From Phycisphaerae bacterium (GTDB lineage Bacteria; Planctomycetota; Phycisphaerae; UBA1845; Fen-1342), in the NCBI GenBank assembly GCA_963675745.2, contig CAXXWX010000006.1, positions 226,183 through 290,182 of the forward strand: DNA of 64,000 nucleotides. The letters are read 5' to 3'. Within the stretch, counting starts at the first letter, position 1, and the number at the start of each line of letters is the position of its first letter. Position numbers and translations under genes: made by a program. This document shows, piece by piece, positions 52,428-62,378 of this stretch. The notes beneath the pieces were generated by a model, which worked only from the letters and a program-made list of their open reading frames with translations, did not search any database and was not told where the DNA came from.

Positions 52428-53605
52428 ATGAACGGGGCGCGTGTAATGCGATCACAACGACGCGGTGCCGTCGCCATATTCGTGATGGTCTCGCTGGTGT
52501 TGTTCATGGGGTTTGCCGCGATATCCATTGACCTGGGCCGCTATTACCTGGCGCGAACGGAGTTGCAGAGGGCGGCCGATCTGGCGGCACTGGCCAGTGT
52601 ATCCGCGTACTTCACGGACACAGGTCTGTCCCAGGAGTATGACCAGATTCGGGATATCGCGTATTCACGCGGCGCGGAAGTCGCAAGCCGCAACTTGAGC
52701 CTGAACGCCGCGGTGATACTCGCGGAAGAGGATCTGGCCTTGGGGACGCACTACTGGGAGTATCCCTGGACAGACCTCGACACAACCGGCATCGACCCGT
52801 TCAACGCCGCCGAGGTTGAACTGAGCTACGGGCCGGACAGCCCAAATGGCAGTGTCCCGTTCTGGTTCGCCGCTGCCTTTGGCACGTTTAATGGCGGCAC
52901 CACGGTCCGCGCGCGAGCCGCCATCCTGGACAGATTCTCCGGGCTCAGCCTCGAAGAACTGAATTTCCCCGATCTGATTCCGTTCACAATGCACGTAGAC
53001 CAGTACGAGCAACAGTTTGCGTCCGGCGACGATAACTACTCGTATGATCGATTGGACGAGTGTGTCAGCTCGGCATCGGACGGTGTGCGCGAGGTCATTC
53101 TCTTTCCGGAAAAAGCGAAGACGAAGAAACCAGATAAAGGTGGTGACGAGAGCGAGTCTGACGGAGCCGGCAATTTCGGCTGCTTGTCCATCGGCGCGTT
53201 CAGTGTGCCTGAGTTAAGACCTCAAATTGAGGGCGGCATCTCGCTGGATGATCTCCGGAGTTTCTTCGGCGCAGATGAAATCACGTACGCTGACGAAAGT
53301 GGCAATCCCATCACCTACGCCACCCCTGGTCGTCCCGGGCTCGTGCGGCACTGGAACCTTCGGTTGAGAGCCGCGTCGGGGATGTGGTCGGGTTCTTCCT
53401 GCACGACAGTGTTTCTGAAGAGGGGTCCAACGCCGTGTTCCGGAACGTGGGCCTGCGATTCGGACGCGTGATGGCCGTCGAGCTTAATGGTGGAGATAAG
53501 CGCATCACCATACAGCCGGTCGCGTATACCGGGGCGGCGATCATTGTAAACCCGTGGGCCCCATCAACGTCAGGGCAGCTCGCACGCACCGCACTTGTGC
53601 GCTGA
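52428..53605 (+). CDS. TadG-like (Tad N-terminal) pseudopilin; apparent frameshift near 53342
   Basis: RRGAVAIFV...IDLGRYYLARTELQRAADLAALA; GNFG motif; after PGL another frame continues AALEPSVESRVGDVVGFFL...LVR*. Confidence 0.75.
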
Positions 53606-53655
53606 GCGGCGACATGACGACCGTAGAGCCCGCGGCCCGAAAGCCACCGCGGGTC

Positions 53656-54657
53656 TCAGGCGAGCAGCTCGGCAATCTGGACGGCGTTGAGCGCGGCCCC
53701 TTTGCGAAGCTGATCGCCGCTTACGAACAAATCGATTCCGCGGCCATCGGGCTGCGATAAGTCCCGCCGGATGCGACCAACAAGAATGTCATCGATGCCG
53801 CTGGCCTCGATCGGCGTCGGGAAATGTTGGGGTTCGACCTGATCAACCAGGCGCACGCCGGGAGCCTGCGCAAGTATCTCGCGCACCTCGTCAGGGCTGA
53901 TCGGGCTTTCAAATGTGAGGTTGATGGACTCGCTGTGGGCGCGCAGCACAGGCACGCGAATGCACGTCGCGGTCACCCGCATCGAGTCGTCGTGAAAGAT
54001 CTTGCGGGTCTCATCGACCATTTTGCGTTCTTCGGCGTTGTAGCCCGTCTCGTCGATACTCGAGTTGTGTGAGAACAGGTTGAAGGCGCACTGCACCGGG
54101 AAAGCCTCGGGACGCGGGGGCTGGCCATTCAGCACATCCTGCGTCTGCGTCTCCAACTCGCGCATGGCGCGCATGCCGGCGCCACTCACCGCCTGATACG
54201 TGCTGACCACGACTCGGCGCACGGGGTTCACGCGGTGCAGTGGCCAGACAGGGGTCACCATGATGATGGTCGAGCAGTTGGGGTTGGCGATGATGCCCTG
54301 GTGCCGGCGGGCGTCGTCCGGGTTGATCTCGGGAACAACCAGCGGAACATCGCGGTTCATGCGGTACGCCGAGGAGTTGTCCACCACAATCGCCCCGGCC
54401 GCGACGGCATGTGGCGCGTACTTGAGACTCTTATCTCCCCCCGCCGAGAACAACGCCAGGTCGACTCCCTTGAAGGAATCCTCGGTCAGTTCTTCGACCG
54501 GATAGTCCCGTCCCGCCAGGCGCAGCTTACGTCCGGCGCTGCGGGCGGAAGCCAGCATGACGTGCCGCCGCGCTTTCCAGCCGCGCTGCTCGATCAGCGC
54601 GAGGAATTCACTGCCCACGGCGCCGGTTGCTCCAACAATTGCCACCGCGTCAAACAT
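53656..54657 (-). CDS. asd: Aspartate-semialdehyde dehydrogenase
   Basis: VGATGAVG, DNSSAYRM, IANPNCST, STYQAVSGAG, ATCIRVPV, LRKGAALNAVQIAE. Confidence 0.95.
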   Translation of the reverse strand: MFDAVAIVGATGAVGSEFLALIEQRGWKARRHVMLASARSAGRKLRLAGRDYPVEELTEDSFKGVDLALFSAGGDKSLKYAPHAVAAGAIVVDNSSAYRMNRDVPLVVPEINPDDARRHQGIIANPNCSTIIMVTPVWPLHRVNPVRRVVVSTYQAVSGAGMRAMRELETQTQDVLNGQPPRPEAFPVQCAFNLFSHNSSIDETGYNAEERKMVDETRKIFHDDSMRVTATCIRVPVLRAHSESINLTFESPISPDEVREILAQAPGVRLVDQVEPQHFPTPIEASGIDDILVGRIRRDLSQPDGRGIDLFVSGDQLRKGAALNAVQIAELLA

Positions 54658-54708
54658 GACCATTCCACACCGAAGAATCCCCGAAGTTCTGACAACACTA
54701 TCGGCGAA

Positions 54709-56061
54709 TCAGCCGTCCAGGCCAAACTCGGTGTGCAGTGCCTGCACCGCGTCGGCCGATGCGTCCGCATGGACCACAAAGCAAACGCTCAACTCCGACG
54801 ACCCCTGCGCGATCGCCATCACGTTAATGTCCCGGGCGGCGACCGCGCCGAAGATCCGGGCGGCGATGCCCGGCACGCCGGCCATCCCGGCACCGACCAC
54901 CGCCACGACGTCGGCGTCGGCCTGAATGTCGACACTCCTGGCAATACCGGTGCGCACCAGGTTCCTTTCCAGCGCGGCACGTCCCCGATCCAACTGCGCC
55001 TGTGGGATCACCATGGAGATGCCGGCCTCGGAGACGCTCTGCGAGATCACCTGGATGTTCACGCCAACATCAGCCAGCGCCTGAAACACGCGCGCCGCCG
55101 TGCCGGCGTGGCCGATCATCGCGGCGCCGGCGATCGTCACCAGGGCCGACCCGCGCAGCCGCAGGACCGACCGCACCGTTTCACCATCGGGCGTCCCCGT
55201 CGTGATAAGCGTGCCGGGCGACTCGGGGTTGAACGTGTTACGCATGCGAACCGGGACGGCGTACTCCGCCGCCGGCTCCAGCGCGCGCGGGTGCATCGAC
55301 TTGGCGCCGAACTGACCCATCTCGATCGCCTCGGCGAATGTGACATGGTCGAGCAGATGTGCCGCCGGCACAATCCGCGGATCAGCACTCATCAGACCAT
55401 CCACGTCACTCCAGATCCAGACCTCATCGGCCGGCAGGGCCGCGCCCAGCAGCGTCGCGGTCAGATCCGAGCCGCCGCGCCCGATCGTGGTGATCACATC
55501 GTGTTGAGTCGCCGCGATAAACCCGGTTACGACGATGCGTTCACCACGCTCCAAACGCGGCAGCAGGTTCTCTTTCACCTGGTGGAGCGAGAGCTTCATC
55601 AGCGGGTTGGCTTCCGTGTGATGGTCGTCGGTCACGATACCGACTTCGTGGCCGGTCATCGCGTGCCCCTCGAGAGCCGCCGCCGTGATGGTCGCACACA
55701 TCCGTTCGCCGAAAGACAACACGGCATCACGAGAGCGCGGCGTCAACTCACCGACCGCGCCGATGCCGGCGATGAGCGTGTCGAGCTGGCCCAGCAGCGG
55801 CGCGATAGCCTCCTCGGCGCCGAAGCTGTGTGCGGCCTGTTCGTGCTTATCGTGCAGTTTGCCCAACAGTGTATGGACGCGCATGCGTGTGCCGGACGTC
55901 GCCGCCTCACTCAGCTCTATCAGCATGTCCGTGACGCCCCCCATGGCCGAGACGACCACCGCCACGCGCTGGGCGTCATGCGCGCGAACGATAGCGGCAC
56001 AGCGGCTGATCGACTCCGCATCGGCCAGCGAAGAACCGCCGAACTTCATGATGACCGTCAC
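54709..56061 (-). CDS. lysC: Monofunctional aspartate kinase with two ACT domains
   Basis: MKFGGSS, VVSAMGGVTD, SFGER, TTIGRGGSD, WSDVDGLMSADPR, HPRAL. Confidence 0.92.
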   Translation of the reverse strand: MTVIMKFGGSSLADAESISRCAAIVRAHDAQRVAVVVSAMGGVTDMLIELSEAATSGTRMRVHTLLGKLHDKHEQAAHSFGAEEAIAPLLGQLDTLIAGIGAVGELTPRSRDAVLSFGERMCATITAAALEGHAMTGHEVGIVTDDHHTEANPLMKLSLHQVKENLLPRLERGERIVVTGFIAATQHDVITTIGRGGSDLTATLLGAALPADEVWIWSDVDGLMSADPRIVPAAHLLDHVTFAEAIEMGQFGAKSMHPRALEPAAEYAVPVRMRNTFNPESPGTLITTGTPDGETVRSVLRLRGSALVTIAGAAMIGHAGTAARVFQALADVGVNIQVISQSVSEAGISMVIPQAQLDRGRAALERNLVRTGIARSVDIQADADVVAVVGAGMAGVPGIAARIFGAVAARDINVMAIAQGSSELSVCFVVHADASADAVQALHTEFGLDG

Positions 56062-57077
56062 GAGCGTTCTCCAATCGTGTGCCAGATATCCAACAAGTCG
56101 CGTAGCACCGCCGTGGCGGTCTCGACCCCGCCGGCGCCGCGGCCGATCAGTGTTACATCACCGGCCTGACGAAGCGACAGGCTGATGGCGTTGAGGTTGG
56201 CGGAGACATCGAGCGGGCCGTGAGCATCAACTTCGCCCGGGAATACACGCAACTGATCACCGATCTCGCCCAACAGCTTGACGCGTTTGCCCTGTTTGGC
56301 GGCCTCGGAAATCCGGGTTGCGGGCAACCCTCGAATGCCCTCAATCTCCACATCCGACAACGTCACCGCCCGACCGAGGATGACATTGGCGAAAATCACC
56401 ACCTTGATGGCTGTGTCGATCCCGTCAATGTCGGCGCTCGGGTCCGTCTCCGCATAACCGAGGCGTACGGCCTCGGCCAGCGCATCGTCGAAACTATCGG
56501 CGGCCTGGCCCATTCGCCAGAGGATGAAGTTGGTCGTGCCGTTCAAGATAGCGCGCACGCCGCGGATTTCGTCACCCCGCGCGCATTGTGCCGCCAGGGC
56601 CAGTATTGGCGTTCCGGCACCAACGGTTCCGCTGAACCTGAACAGAACCCGGTTGTGCTCAGCCAGTTCACGCAGAGCCGGCAGGGCAACCGCCAATGGC
56701 ACCTTGTTTACGGTTACCACGTGCGCGCCATGGCCGAAGGCGGCCTTGAGATGCTGTATCGCGGTGTCAGGCTCGCCAAGCGAGCTGGGAGTGGCTTCCA
56801 CCAGCACGTCCGCCTGCACCTCGCTGATCATTCGCTCGGCGGCAACACCGGCGTGTCCGTGCTCGGCGATGGCCGCCACACTGCCCTCCGACTCCTTGGC
56901 GCGCAACAACGCGGGGATATCCAGACCTTTGTCGCATAATGCGGCCCCGGCTGAGTCGGCAATGCCGACAACGCGTGGCGCAAATCCGTGGCGCGCGTAG
57001 AGCCCTGCGCGGTTTTCATCGATGAGGCGCAGAAACGCCTGGCCGACGACCCCGCAACCAGCGATTAAAATTCGCAT
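56058..57077 (-). CDS. hom: Homoserine dehydrogenase (short, no ACT)
   Basis: GCGVVG, HVVTVNK, TVGAGTP, ILNGTTNFIL, LGYAETDPSADIDG, GRGAG...TA. Confidence 0.92.
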   Translation of the reverse strand: MRILIAGCGVVGQAFLRLIDENRAGLYARHGFAPRVVGIADSAGAALCDKGLDIPALLRAKESEGSVAAIAEHGHAGVAAERMISEVQADVLVEATPSSLGEPDTAIQHLKAAFGHGAHVVTVNKVPLAVALPALRELAEHNRVLFRFSGTVGAGTPILALAAQCARGDEIRGVRAILNGTTNFILWRMGQAADSFDDALAEAVRLGYAETDPSADIDGIDTAIKVVIFANVILGRAVTLSDVEIEGIRGLPATRISEAAKQGKRVKLLGEIGDQLRVFPGEVDAHGPLDVSANLNAISLSLRQAGDVTLIGRGAGGVETATAVLRDLLDIWHTIGERS

Positions 57078-57147
57078 AACATCTCCCACATGCCGCAGAT
57101 ACAGGCCCGCGACCACGAGCATACTCGCGCACGCGACCTGCGCGAAG

Positions 57148-57207
57148 TGCCCCCGTTGCCCAGCGCCCTGCCCCCGTTCCGTTCACTGTGCCCCGGTCCC
57201 CGGTCTT
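57148..57207. repeat. Degenerate C-rich heptamer-like array
   Basis: GTGCCCCCGTTGCCCAGCGCCCTGCCCCCGTTCCGTTCACTGTGCCCCGGTCCCCGGTC. Confidence 0.4.
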
Positions 57208-57544
57208 CCAGACTTTTCCATAATTCTCTGTCAGAAAAGAACAACGCCGGGAGTATGTACCCATAGGAGCACGCGCCAAGCGTACGACGCAGCGCCGCCG
57301 GTTGTCCCGTACCGCGCCACGCGACGCCGGCGGGAGACGGTTCCATTCAGTGCGGCGTCGCTTGATGCTGTTCCAGCCGGTACTTATAATCGGGCCTGCT
57401 TGTTGCGGGCTGATCGACAACAGAGCTACCCTCGCACGGTGGTGGCATTTTGACGGGTGGATGCTGCCTGCCGGGGGCGGTTCGGCAGAAGAACCAACTC
57501 TAGGGATCCCAAATCATGTTTTGGACCAGAACAGGAGGATCAGT

Positions 57545-58588
57545 ATGACACGCAAGGCGACCACACTTGGAACACTCCTCATCCTACCGGCGCTGATGCT
57601 GCTCGTTGCGGGGTGCCCCACGGGTACCATCCAGTTGCCGGATGTTCAGGGTGGGGACATCACACAGGGACAGTTGTTGAACCCACCCGAGGCCGACGCC
57701 GGTTTCGACAAGAGCGCGCGCGTGGGCGACACCGTGGCGTTGAGCGGGCGCGGCAGTTCAGACCCCGACGGCGACCCGCTGTCGTACCAGTGGGCGTTTA
57801 ACTCCGGGCCGGTGACCCCCGAAATCCGCAACTTCAATCAGGAGACCGCCACCTTCGTGCCCGAGGCCGTCGGCGACTACATCTTCGTGCTGACCGTCGA
57901 TGACGGCAACGGTAACACCGACGACGACACAGTCCGTATCTCGGTCGGCGAATTCGTCGCGGATGAAGGTGGTGGGGCCATTCCAGACACTGATGAGCTC
58001 GGCAAGGACGACGATCTCGATCCCTCCGATGACTTCGGCGAAGATATCCTCGACGATATCGACCAGGTGCTCGAAGACAACGAGGATCTCGAAAACCCCT
58101 TTGACCCGAATTACGGGGATGTTTCCGACGACATACAGGGTGATTGGTGGGGCGAGGCCGACCTCAACCAGATGCTGTACAACGAGTACGGCAACCTCGT
58201 ATCCGACGAGACCGCGCCGTCTGAGTTTGGCATGTCCTTCGCCGGCCAGGTCATCACGTATTGGATCAACGGCGAACCGTATACGTACACCGCGGTCGGT
58301 GACGTCCTGTACGTTGATATGGGAGACGGCGCCGAGGGTTGGTTCGAGGTGCTCTACATGGAGGTCGGCTTTGACTATGCTTATCTCGAGCTCTCTTACA
58401 TTGTCGACTACGGCATACTCGAGGAAGTCGGTGTGACCGAGGCCTACATGGAAGTTTACGGCGACCTGATGCTCTACTCTGAGTACGGGCTTTCAGACAT
58501 CTACAATTACACGCCCGGTGGTCTGAACGGCTACCAGGAAAGCTACACCGAAGGTGTGCTCGTCCGCCTCGAGGACGGAGGCGTGTAG
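57545..58588 (+). CDS. Highly acidic lipoprotein with PKD/Ig-like domain
   Basis: AGGAGG RBS; lipobox LVAGC; PPEADAG...VALSGRGSSDPDGDPLSYQW...FVLTVDDG. Confidence 0.8.
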   Translation: MTRKATTLGTLLILPALMLLVAGCPTGTIQLPDVQGGDITQGQLLNPPEADAGFDKSARVGDTVALSGRGSSDPDGDPLSYQWAFNSGPVTPEIRNFNQETATFVPEAVGDYIFVLTVDDGNGNTDDDTVRISVGEFVADEGGGAIPDTDELGKDDDLDPSDDFGEDILDDIDQVLEDNEDLENPFDPNYGDVSDDIQGDWWGEADLNQMLYNEYGNLVSDETAPSEFGMSFAGQVITYWINGEPYTYTAVGDVLYVDMGDGAEGWFEVLYMEVGFDYAYLELSYIVDYGILEEVGVTEAYMEVYGDLMLYSEYGLSDIYNYTPGGLNGYQESYTEGVLVRLEDGGV

Positions 58589-58629
58589 TACTCCGCGTCT
58601 GTTTGCCGGAATGGTGGACCGAACCGGCC

Positions 58630-58662
58630 GGCCCCGTCTTCGTGAACCACGGAGACGGGGCC
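58630..58662. terminator. 15-bp hairpin between convergent genes
   Basis: GGCCCCGTCTTCGTG-AAC-CACGGAGACGGGGCC. Confidence 0.55.
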
Positions 58663-58675
58663 GTGCCATGCGCGC

Positions 58676-59083
58676 TCAGAACAGCAGGTGCAGGAGATAG
58701 TCCAGCCGACCGCGCAGAACCATGCGGATGCCGGCGTATTTCATCACGGCCCGAATCTCTTCACGGTAGTGCGGCGCATAGCAATGTGTCGGGCAACGCT
58801 TGCACATGGGCTTGGGGTCAAGTGGGCAACTGGCGCGCTTGACGAACGCATGCGCGATGAGCTTCGTGCACGCTTGGCACAGCTGCGGACAGCGGATTCC
58901 CAGCGCGGCGACATCATGCGTGCGCAACGCCAGTGGGGCCTTCTCAGCGGTGGCGTGGCGGCCGGCGCAGTAGATGCCCACGAAGCGCGCCAGCAACCGC
59001 AGATCCTTGCGGAGCTTGCGATCCGTGACGATGGCACGCCGCCGATCGTTCGCGCGACTTTGTTTGTCGATCGCACCGGCCAT
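58676..59083 (-). CDS. YgbA / nitrous oxide-stimulated promoter family protein
   Basis: IYCAGRH, LCQAC, CPLDPKPMCKRCPTHCYAP, IRAVMKYAG; downstream of hcp. Confidence 0.85.
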   Translation of the reverse strand: MAGAIDKQSRANDRRRAIVTDRKLRKDLRLLARFVGIYCAGRHATAEKAPLALRTHDVAALGIRCPQLCQACTKLIAHAFVKRASCPLDPKPMCKRCPTHCYAPHYREEIRAVMKYAGIRMVLRGRLDYLLHLLF

Positions 59084-59097
59084 GCTCGATCCAGTGG

Positions 59098-59209
59098 TGA
59101 ATGTGGAATGCAGAATGATGAATGCAGAATGAGGACATCCCGGCGCTTGTGCAGCCGAGACACGGCTGCGGCGTTTTCCTCATTCCTCATTCTGCATTCA
59201 TCATTCCAC
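59098..59209. repeat. Inverted pair of GAATG-core heptamer arrays
   Basis: TGAATGTGGAATGCAGAATGATGAATGCAGAATGAGGA versus TCCTCATTCCTCATTCTGCATTCATCATTCCAC. Confidence 0.8.
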
Positions 59210-59221
59210 GCGGTGCCTGCT

Positions 59222-60532
59222 TCAGGCCGTGGGCGCCAGCGCCGCTTTCAGATCTTCCTGCGGGCTGCCACCCGTCAGCTTGAGATCATACTTGTCCTGC
59301 AGGATTTTGAACACGTTGGGCGAGACGAAGGCCGGCGGGTTCGGGCCGATACGTATGCCTTTCACACCGAGGTGCAGCAGCGTCAGCAGGACCGCAACAG
59401 CCTTCTGCTCAAACCACGAGAGCACGATGGTTAGCGGTAGCTCGTTAACCGAGCAATTGAACGCGCCGGCCAGCCCGACCGCGACCTGGATGGCGCCGTA
59501 CGCATCGTTGCACTGCCCCATGTCGAGCAAACGCGGAATCTCGCCCACGCCGTCGAGCTCGATCGTGCCGAAATCCTCATCGCGAATCCGGTACTTGCCG
59601 CAACCCAGCGTGAGCACTACCGAATCCTTCGGCGTATCGGCCGCGAACTGCGTGAAGTAGTTGCGGCCCTTCTCGGCGCCGTCACAGCCGCCGATGACGA
59701 AGAAGTGGTTGAGGTTTCCAGCCTGGACAGCGGCCACGATCTTGTCCGCCAATCCGAGCAACACATTGTGGTGGAAGCCGATCGTTGTCTCGCGCACCGG
59801 CTGGTGAGGCAGCGGCCCGCACTGTTTGGCACACTCGATGACCGCCGAGAAGTCGTTGGTGGTCAGCCGTTTGCCACCGGGCACAGCCGTAACACGCGTG
59901 GTGAAGAGTCGGTCCTTGTAGACTTCGCGCGGGATCAGGACGCAATTGGTCGTGGCGAGAACGGGTCCGGTGAATTCGGCGAACTCGCGTTTCTGCTCCT
60001 GCCACGCGCCGCCGTAGTTGCCGGCCAGGTGGTCGTACTTGCGCAGCTCAGGGTACATGTGAGCCGGGAGCATCTCGCCGTGCGTGTAGATATTGATGCC
60101 CGTGCCCTTGGTCTGTTCCAGCAGATCGTACAGATCGACCATGTCGTGTCCGGTCACCAGGATGCCGGGGCCGGCCTTGGTGCCCTCGAACACGGTTGTC
60201 GGCGAAGGTGTGCCAAAACGCCGGGCGTGTCCCTCGTCCAGCATCTGCATCACGCGCAGGTTGTGCTTGCCGCACTCCAGCACGAGCTCGAACAACGTGT
60301 CCAGGTCGAAGTTGACGTTCGTGACCGTGGCGAAAAGCGCGTCTTCGATAAACGCGCTGACTTCCTCGTCAACCACGCCCAGACGCCGGGCGTGATGGGC
60401 GTACGAGGCCATGCCCTTGAGGCCGTACAGCAGGATCTCCTGCAACGATTGCATGTCCGGGTCCTTGCCGCACACACCGACGTCGACACACGCGACCCCC
60501 TTGAATACCTGCTCACATTGGTTGCAATGCAT
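59222..60532 (-). CDS. hcp: Hybrid cluster protein (hydroxylamine/NO reductase), short form
   Basis: MHCNQCEQ...C...GVCGK, TNVNFD, VTGHD, YTHGEMLP, TTNC, GGCDG, LGCGK, GQCNDAY, SWFEQKAV. Confidence 0.95.
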   Translation of the reverse strand: MHCNQCEQVFKGVACVDVGVCGKDPDMQSLQEILLYGLKGMASYAHHARRLGVVDEEVSAFIEDALFATVTNVNFDLDTLFELVLECGKHNLRVMQMLDEGHARRFGTPSPTTVFEGTKAGPGILVTGHDMVDLYDLLEQTKGTGINIYTHGEMLPAHMYPELRKYDHLAGNYGGAWQEQKREFAEFTGPVLATTNCVLIPREVYKDRLFTTRVTAVPGGKRLTTNDFSAVIECAKQCGPLPHQPVRETTIGFHHNVLLGLADKIVAAVQAGNLNHFFVIGGCDGAEKGRNYFTQFAADTPKDSVVLTLGCGKYRIRDEDFGTIELDGVGEIPRLLDMGQCNDAYGAIQVAVGLAGAFNCSVNELPLTIVLSWFEQKAVAVLLTLLHLGVKGIRIGPNPPAFVSPNVFKILQDKYDLKLTGGSPQEDLKAALAPTA

Positions 60533-60582
60533 TGGTTCTCCTTTGGACAAGATCCCTCGAGCTCGGATCGTGAGTTCACAAT

Positions 60583-61408
60583 CTAAACGGTGATGTCGGC
60601 GGGGATTTGGCGCTGTGCGAGTACGCTTCCCTGTGTGCCGATGACGATTTCGCTGATTGGTACGTCTACGCCGCTGCGCCGCCGCGCCTCCAGCGTGGCG
60701 GACAGAATGCCCATGCAACAGGGCACCTCCATCCGCGCGACGGCGATCTCCCGAAGTTGGTTGATGCGGATCATTTCCGCCAGCCGCTCAACGTACGTGG
60801 GCAGGTCGTCAAACTTGGGGCATCCGATCACAACCGTTCGGCCGCGCAAGAGCTCGCTGTGAAAGCCCGCATAGGCAACCGGCACGCAGTCGGCGGCGAT
60901 CAGCAGGCGCGCTTCACGCAGCACGGGAGCCCCGGGCGGCAGCAGGCCGAGTTGAACCGGCCAGTGGGTCAGCTCGGAGTCAGGCACCTGCGTATCCTGA
61001 TCGCCGGACGTCTCGGAGCGAGCTACGGCGCGATCGAATCTCATCATGCGGCTGCCGGGACAGCCACCGGCCGGCGGACCTGACGCCGGCGCTGTCGGAC
61101 ATGCTGGGTCCCCCACCCCATGGGGTGGGGGACTGAGTGTGGCCGATGTCGAACACGCCGCCGAAGCGTCCGCCCGACGCTGCGCATCGACGGCGTCTTG
61201 GTCAAACGCTTCCACGTCGCGCTTCTCAACCGTGATCGCGCCGCGCGGGCAGTGACCCAGGCAGGCGCCCAGCCCGTCGCACAGGCGATCGGCGATCACC
61301 CGCGCCTTGCCGTCAACCAGCTTCAACGCCCCCCTCGTGGCATGACGGTATGCACTCACCACAGCCGTCGCACAGCTCTTCATCAATCGTGACAATCTCA
61401 CGGATCAT
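60583..61408 (-). CDS. 4Fe-4S dicluster protein (hcp-associated); one extra G in a homopolymer near 61330
   Basis: MIREIVTIDEELCDGCGECIPSCHEG | ALKLVDGKA...CDGLGACLGHCP, GGCPGS, LTHWPVQL, AADC, IGCPKFD, MEVPCC. Confidence 0.85.
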
Positions 61409-61485
61409 GCATCAGCTCCAATAGTCGGGCCTGACTGTGGCGGCCGGCATCTGCGTCGACCGTTGACGCCAAACGACGACTTCCT

Positions 61486-61511
61486 GTAACGGCCTGCGCC
61501 TCGCAGGCCGT
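61486..61511. repeat. REP-like hairpin
   Basis: GTAACGGCCTGCGCCTCGCAGGCCGT, reverse complement of 34778-34803. Confidence 0.75.
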
Positions 61512-61618
61512 CGGTGTAGGACGGCTCCTCCGGCATGCCGTGGCCGCCACGGCGGCCGCACGTCCGTCCGGCGCTTGCCCGCCGCGCCCCAATGTCGGAC
61601 AATTGCGGGCGAATGGCC

Positions 61619-61632
61619 TTGATGTGGATCAA
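61619..61632. promoter_or_regulatory. FNR/DNR-type binding site
   Basis: Perfect TTGAT-GTGG-ATCAA between the divergent Crp/Fnr regulator and the hcp operon. Confidence 0.85.
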
Positions 61633-61650
61633 GCCGCGGAGATTAATTAG

Positions 61651-62367
61651 GTGTACGCGCAACCAGCAACCGTCCGGCAGGCCGCGGACATTCTCCGTAA
61701 GTGCGGTCTGTTCAGTGGGTTATCGAGCGAGTGGCTGGAGCGGCTCGCGCGTGAAGCCCTGATCCGTCGCTTCAAAAAAGGCGGGATTATCCTTCGGCAG
61801 GGCGAGGAATGCCCCGGGCTGTATTGCGTCGGCAGCGGCCTCGTGCGCGTTTTCAAGATCGCCCCCTCGGGAAAAGACCACGTGCTGCACTTCGCCGAGC
61901 CGGGCAAGACGTTTGCGGAGATCGCGGCGATTGGCGGTTTCTCGTGCCCGGCGCACGCCGAGGCTACCGAAGATACGGTCTGCGCGCTGTTGCCCGCCGA
62001 CCGCATCCGCCAGTTGCTGCGCGACCATCACGATTTCTGTCTGCAACTGCTCACCGGCATGTCGCTTTGGGTCCGGCAACTGATCGGGCTGCTGGAAGAC
62101 CTCGTCTTGCGCGACGCCTGCGGCCGCGTTGCACGCCACATTCTGGCCGCCGACTCGACCGGCGGTTCAGGCGCCTTCACGCTGCCGATGCTCAAGCGCG
62201 ACCTGGCCAGCCACCTCAACCTGACCAGTGAAACGCTCTCACGCACGCTGCGGCGGCTAGCGGAGAGCGGCCTGATTGAGCAGACCGGCGGACAGAAGTT
62301 GCGGATCGTCAACGCCCACGCGCTGCGCGACGTCGCCGACGGAATGCTTCCGGCGGAGTTTGACTGA
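61651..62367 (+). CDS. Crp/Fnr family regulator (HcpR/DNR-like)
   Basis: cNMP-like domain LFSGL...GLVRVFKIAPSGKD...FAE; HTH KRDLASHLNLTSETLSRTL. Confidence 0.9.
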   Translation: MYAQPATVRQAADILRKCGLFSGLSSEWLERLAREALIRRFKKGGIILRQGEECPGLYCVGSGLVRVFKIAPSGKDHVLHFAEPGKTFAEIAAIGGFSCPAHAEATEDTVCALLPADRIRQLLRDHHDFCLQLLTGMSLWVRQLIGLLEDLVLRDACGRVARHILAADSTGGSGAFTLPMLKRDLASHLNLTSETLSRTLRRLAESGLIEQTGGQKLRIVNAHALRDVADGMLPAEFD

Positions 62368-62378
62368 GCCGAAAGGGG

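Noticed and set aside
54235..56169. 644-aa + strand ORF, and similar long ORFs such as 11293-12165, 26904-28109, 44351-45643, 45519-46799, 62445-63653
   Set aside because: Antisense shadows of well-supported genes in high-GC DNA.
57080..57540. Lysine riboswitch or T-box upstream of hom-lysC-asd
   Set aside because: No recognisable consensus; the region holds degenerate heptamer repeats and divergent promoter-like DNA.
61325..61340. Programmed frameshift or phase-variable G-tract
   Set aside because: The run is only 6 nt and other indels in the window point to assembly error.
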